DNA of 64,000 bases, from positions 64,001-128,000 of the forward strand of contig CAWIEK010000060.1 of the NCBI GenBank assembly GCA_963835065.1. Reading direction: 5' to 3'. Positions 61,776 to 64,000 of this stretch are shown here, in pieces (positions within the stretch are counted from its first letter, which is position 1; every line of letters starts with the position of its first letter). Under the pieces are notes generated by a model that saw only the letters and a list, made by a program, of their open reading frames with translations, did no database searches and was not told where the DNA came from. The position numbers and the translations under genes are program-made. Source of the DNA: an uncultured Chthonomonadaceae bacterium. Its GTDB lineage: Bacteria; Armatimonadota; Chthonomonadetes; Chthonomonadales; Chthonomonadaceae.

Positions 61776-63032
61776 ATGTCCTCCAATGATATTGCCGTAT
61801 CGGTGCGCGGCCTGAATAAAGCTTATACTATTGCTCATAACGCGGAGAAACATTCGACGGCGGCGGAAGCCCTGATGCACCGCCTGAAAAACCCGTTCCA
61901 GCGCCAGGAGAAAGAAACGTTCTGGGCGCTTAAGGATGTAGAATTCGACATCAAGAAGGGTGACGTGGTGGGCATCATCGGGCGCAACGGCGCGGGCAAA
62001 TCCACGTTGCTCAAAATCCTCAGCCGCATTACGGAACCGACAACGGGAAGCGTTGCCTTGTACGGGCGCGTGGGCAGCCTGCTGGAAGTGGGTACGGGGT
62101 TCCACCCGGAACTGACAGGCCGCGAAAACATTTTCCTGAACGGCGCAATTTTGGGCATGGCGAAAAGCGAGATCGCGCGCCAGTTCGACGCCATTGTAGA
62201 TTTTTCCGGTACAGAGCAGTTTATTGATACACCGGTAAAACGTTATTCCAGTGGCATGTATGTTCGTTTGGCCTTCGCGGTTGCCGCGCACTTGAACCCT
62301 GAAATTTTAATTGTGGATGAAGTCCTGGCTGTTGGAGACGTGGAGTTCCAAAAAAAGTGTTTGGGTAAAATGAAGGATGTCGCGCACAGCGGGCGCACAG
62401 TGCTCTTTGTTAGTCACAACATGACTGCCGTACAACAACTTTGTCAGCGAGCTGTTCTCCTTCAGGAAGGCAAGATAGTATCAGATGGCTCAATATCACA
62501 AGTGGTTGATTGCTATTTGAACAATGGCAGACAAAGTAATTCTGAGGTCGTATATAGTGATCTTAGTTTAGCCCCGGGCGATTTTAGAGCAAAATTCGCC
62601 AGTATTCGTATTCTGGACCGAGATAAGGTAGCCGATCACGTTGACATTGAACATCCTTTGCTGGTTGAGATCAACTATCGTGTTCTTGTGCCTGACGTGG
62701 TTCTCAACTTGTCTATAGCTTTGTATGATAAGAATGAGGTGTATGTGTTGGCATCCGCTTCTATATCAGATGCGGAATGGTATCAAAGGCCTCATCCTGT
62801 GGGTAATTTTCAGAGTTGTTGCATTATTCCAGGATGCTTCTTAAACGAAGGTAGCTATAGTATCAGCGCTCTATTGGTGGAGAATGGAAACCATATTATA
62901 GCTTCTGCAGAACGTGCTGTTACAGTTGAAATGGTAGATTTTGGAGCAAGCCGTCAAGGGTATCATGGAACATGGAATGGAGTAGTAAGGCCCCATCTTA
63001 TGTGGCATACGAATGTCGCCGACCATTGCTAA
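61776..63032 (+). CDS. wzt: Polysaccharide ABC transporter ATPase with C-terminal Wzt_C domain
   Basis: GRNGAGKST, YSSGMYVRLAF, ILIVDEVLAVGD, VSH. Confidence 0.95.
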   Translation: MSSNDIAVSVRGLNKAYTIAHNAEKHSTAAEALMHRLKNPFQRQEKETFWALKDVEFDIKKGDVVGIIGRNGAGKSTLLKILSRITEPTTGSVALYGRVGSLLEVGTGFHPELTGRENIFLNGAILGMAKSEIARQFDAIVDFSGTEQFIDTPVKRYSSGMYVRLAFAVAAHLNPEILIVDEVLAVGDVEFQKKCLGKMKDVAHSGRTVLFVSHNMTAVQQLCQRAVLLQEGKIVSDGSISQVVDCYLNNGRQSNSEVVYSDLSLAPGDFRAKFASIRILDRDKVADHVDIEHPLLVEINYRVLVPDVVLNLSIALYDKNEVYVLASASISDAEWYQRPHPVGNFQSCCIIPGCFLNEGSYSISALLVENGNHIIASAERAVTVEMVDFGASRQGYHGTWNGVVRPHLMWHTNVADHC

Positions 63033-63038
63033 AACTTT

Positions 63039-64000
63039 ATGACGAAAATGTTTCGTATTAAAAATCCCTTGGCTTACCTAAAACATGTATGCTTCTCAAT
63101 ACTTCGGCGCAGTGTGGCTAAAGTAGAACACTTTCTAGTGATGCTGAACAACTACCAACATCACGACTTAAATCAGGGGAATCTGATAATTCTTGATGAT
63201 TATTTTCCTAAATGTACTGACGGCGTTCAGAGTTGCTGAATTCAACGCCTATCTTGAAATCTTTCCGAGTACACAGGTTTACTCTACTTCATCGGTTGGA
63301 AGTATACCGTTCAAACAAGCCTTGAAAGAGTATGCAAGTTGCTATCCACAATTTAAGAAGCAAGTTGCCAAATTTCATCCTCTGCGTCAACTACATGGCT
63401 CGTTGATTTATATAGTTTTTCTTCATAACGCCTATAATTTTATAAGCGTCATTGAGCGGGATAGTATTCCCTTTATATTCGAGCTATATCCGGGTGGAAC
63501 TTTTCAGTTGGAAGACCCCGCGTCAGATGCAAAATTGCGACGTGTATGTTCTTCGCCTTTATTCCGTAAAGTTATTGTCACGCAGAAGGTCACATACGAT
63601 TATTTGCTTGCCAAGCAGTTTTGCAGTGTTACTCAAATTGAGTACGTATTCGGAGTGGCTCTGCTTTCAGAACAGTTAAATAGTCAGAGAGTGGTTAAAA
63701 AACGCTATCCACAAGATAAGGCCACCTTTGATATTTGCTTCGTCGCCAATAAGTATACGGAGCGTGGAACCGATAAAGGCTACGATATCTTTGTTGAAGC
63801 AGCTAAAAAACTCTGTTTCTTAAGCGGTGCTACCTGCTTCCATGTTGTCGGCACATTTTCTGAGGCGGACATAGACATAAGTGATCTGAAAGGCAGAATT
63901 AAATTTTACGGCAGTCAGAATACCGACTTCTTCCCAGAATTTTATTCGCGCATGGATATTATTCTTTCTCCGAATCTACCCTTTGTTCTTGCTCAAGGAG
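63039..64000 (+). CDS. Low-GC glycosyltransferase (GT4-like), apparent frameshift about 63212, 3' truncated by the window end
   Basis: LIILDDYFP, then the shifted frame NVLTAFRVAEFN...ELYPGG...ICFVANKY...DKGYDIF...MDIILSPN. Confidence 0.75.

Overview
GC-rich bacterial chromosome segment. An Armatimonadota-like origin is inferred from the prepilin/H-X9-DG protein, the PEP-CTERM-like protein and the DUF1592/DUF1552 pair. Housekeeping and cell-envelope genes (5'-nucleotidase, GT39/ArnT-like transferase, deacetylase, GH18-deacetylase-GT2, CbiX, class I fumarase, two S9 peptidases, GH4 glycosidase, hemC, oxidoreductases, and an EPS/ABC export cluster at the right end) surround a conflict-type region at about 20.7-37.5 kb. 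That region holds an ATPase+TPR pair, TIR-NB-ARC-TPR, AAA_35-WD40 next to cyclase-TIR-AAA_35, and HNH and toxin-antitoxin modules. The strongest unexplained signal is an intergenic element of about 300-370 bp present three times (about 3.05-3.40, 23.95-24.31 and 48.58-48.89 kb). Each copy has an ECF-sigma-like promoter, a 5' hairpin, a strong SD, an 8-9 residue micro-ORF and a 92-nt core with only 1-3 differences between copies that folds compatibly. It is a candidate multicopy sRNA/micropeptide system. A second pervasive signal is mosaic 7-9-nt tandem repeat cassettes inserted in frame into protein loops and arranged as inverted pairs between genes. About 11 single-base frameshifts are present, 10 of them at 25-37.4 kb, and are more likely read errors than true pseudogenes. 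I recognised no rRNA, tRNA, CRISPR array, transposase or reverse transcriptase.
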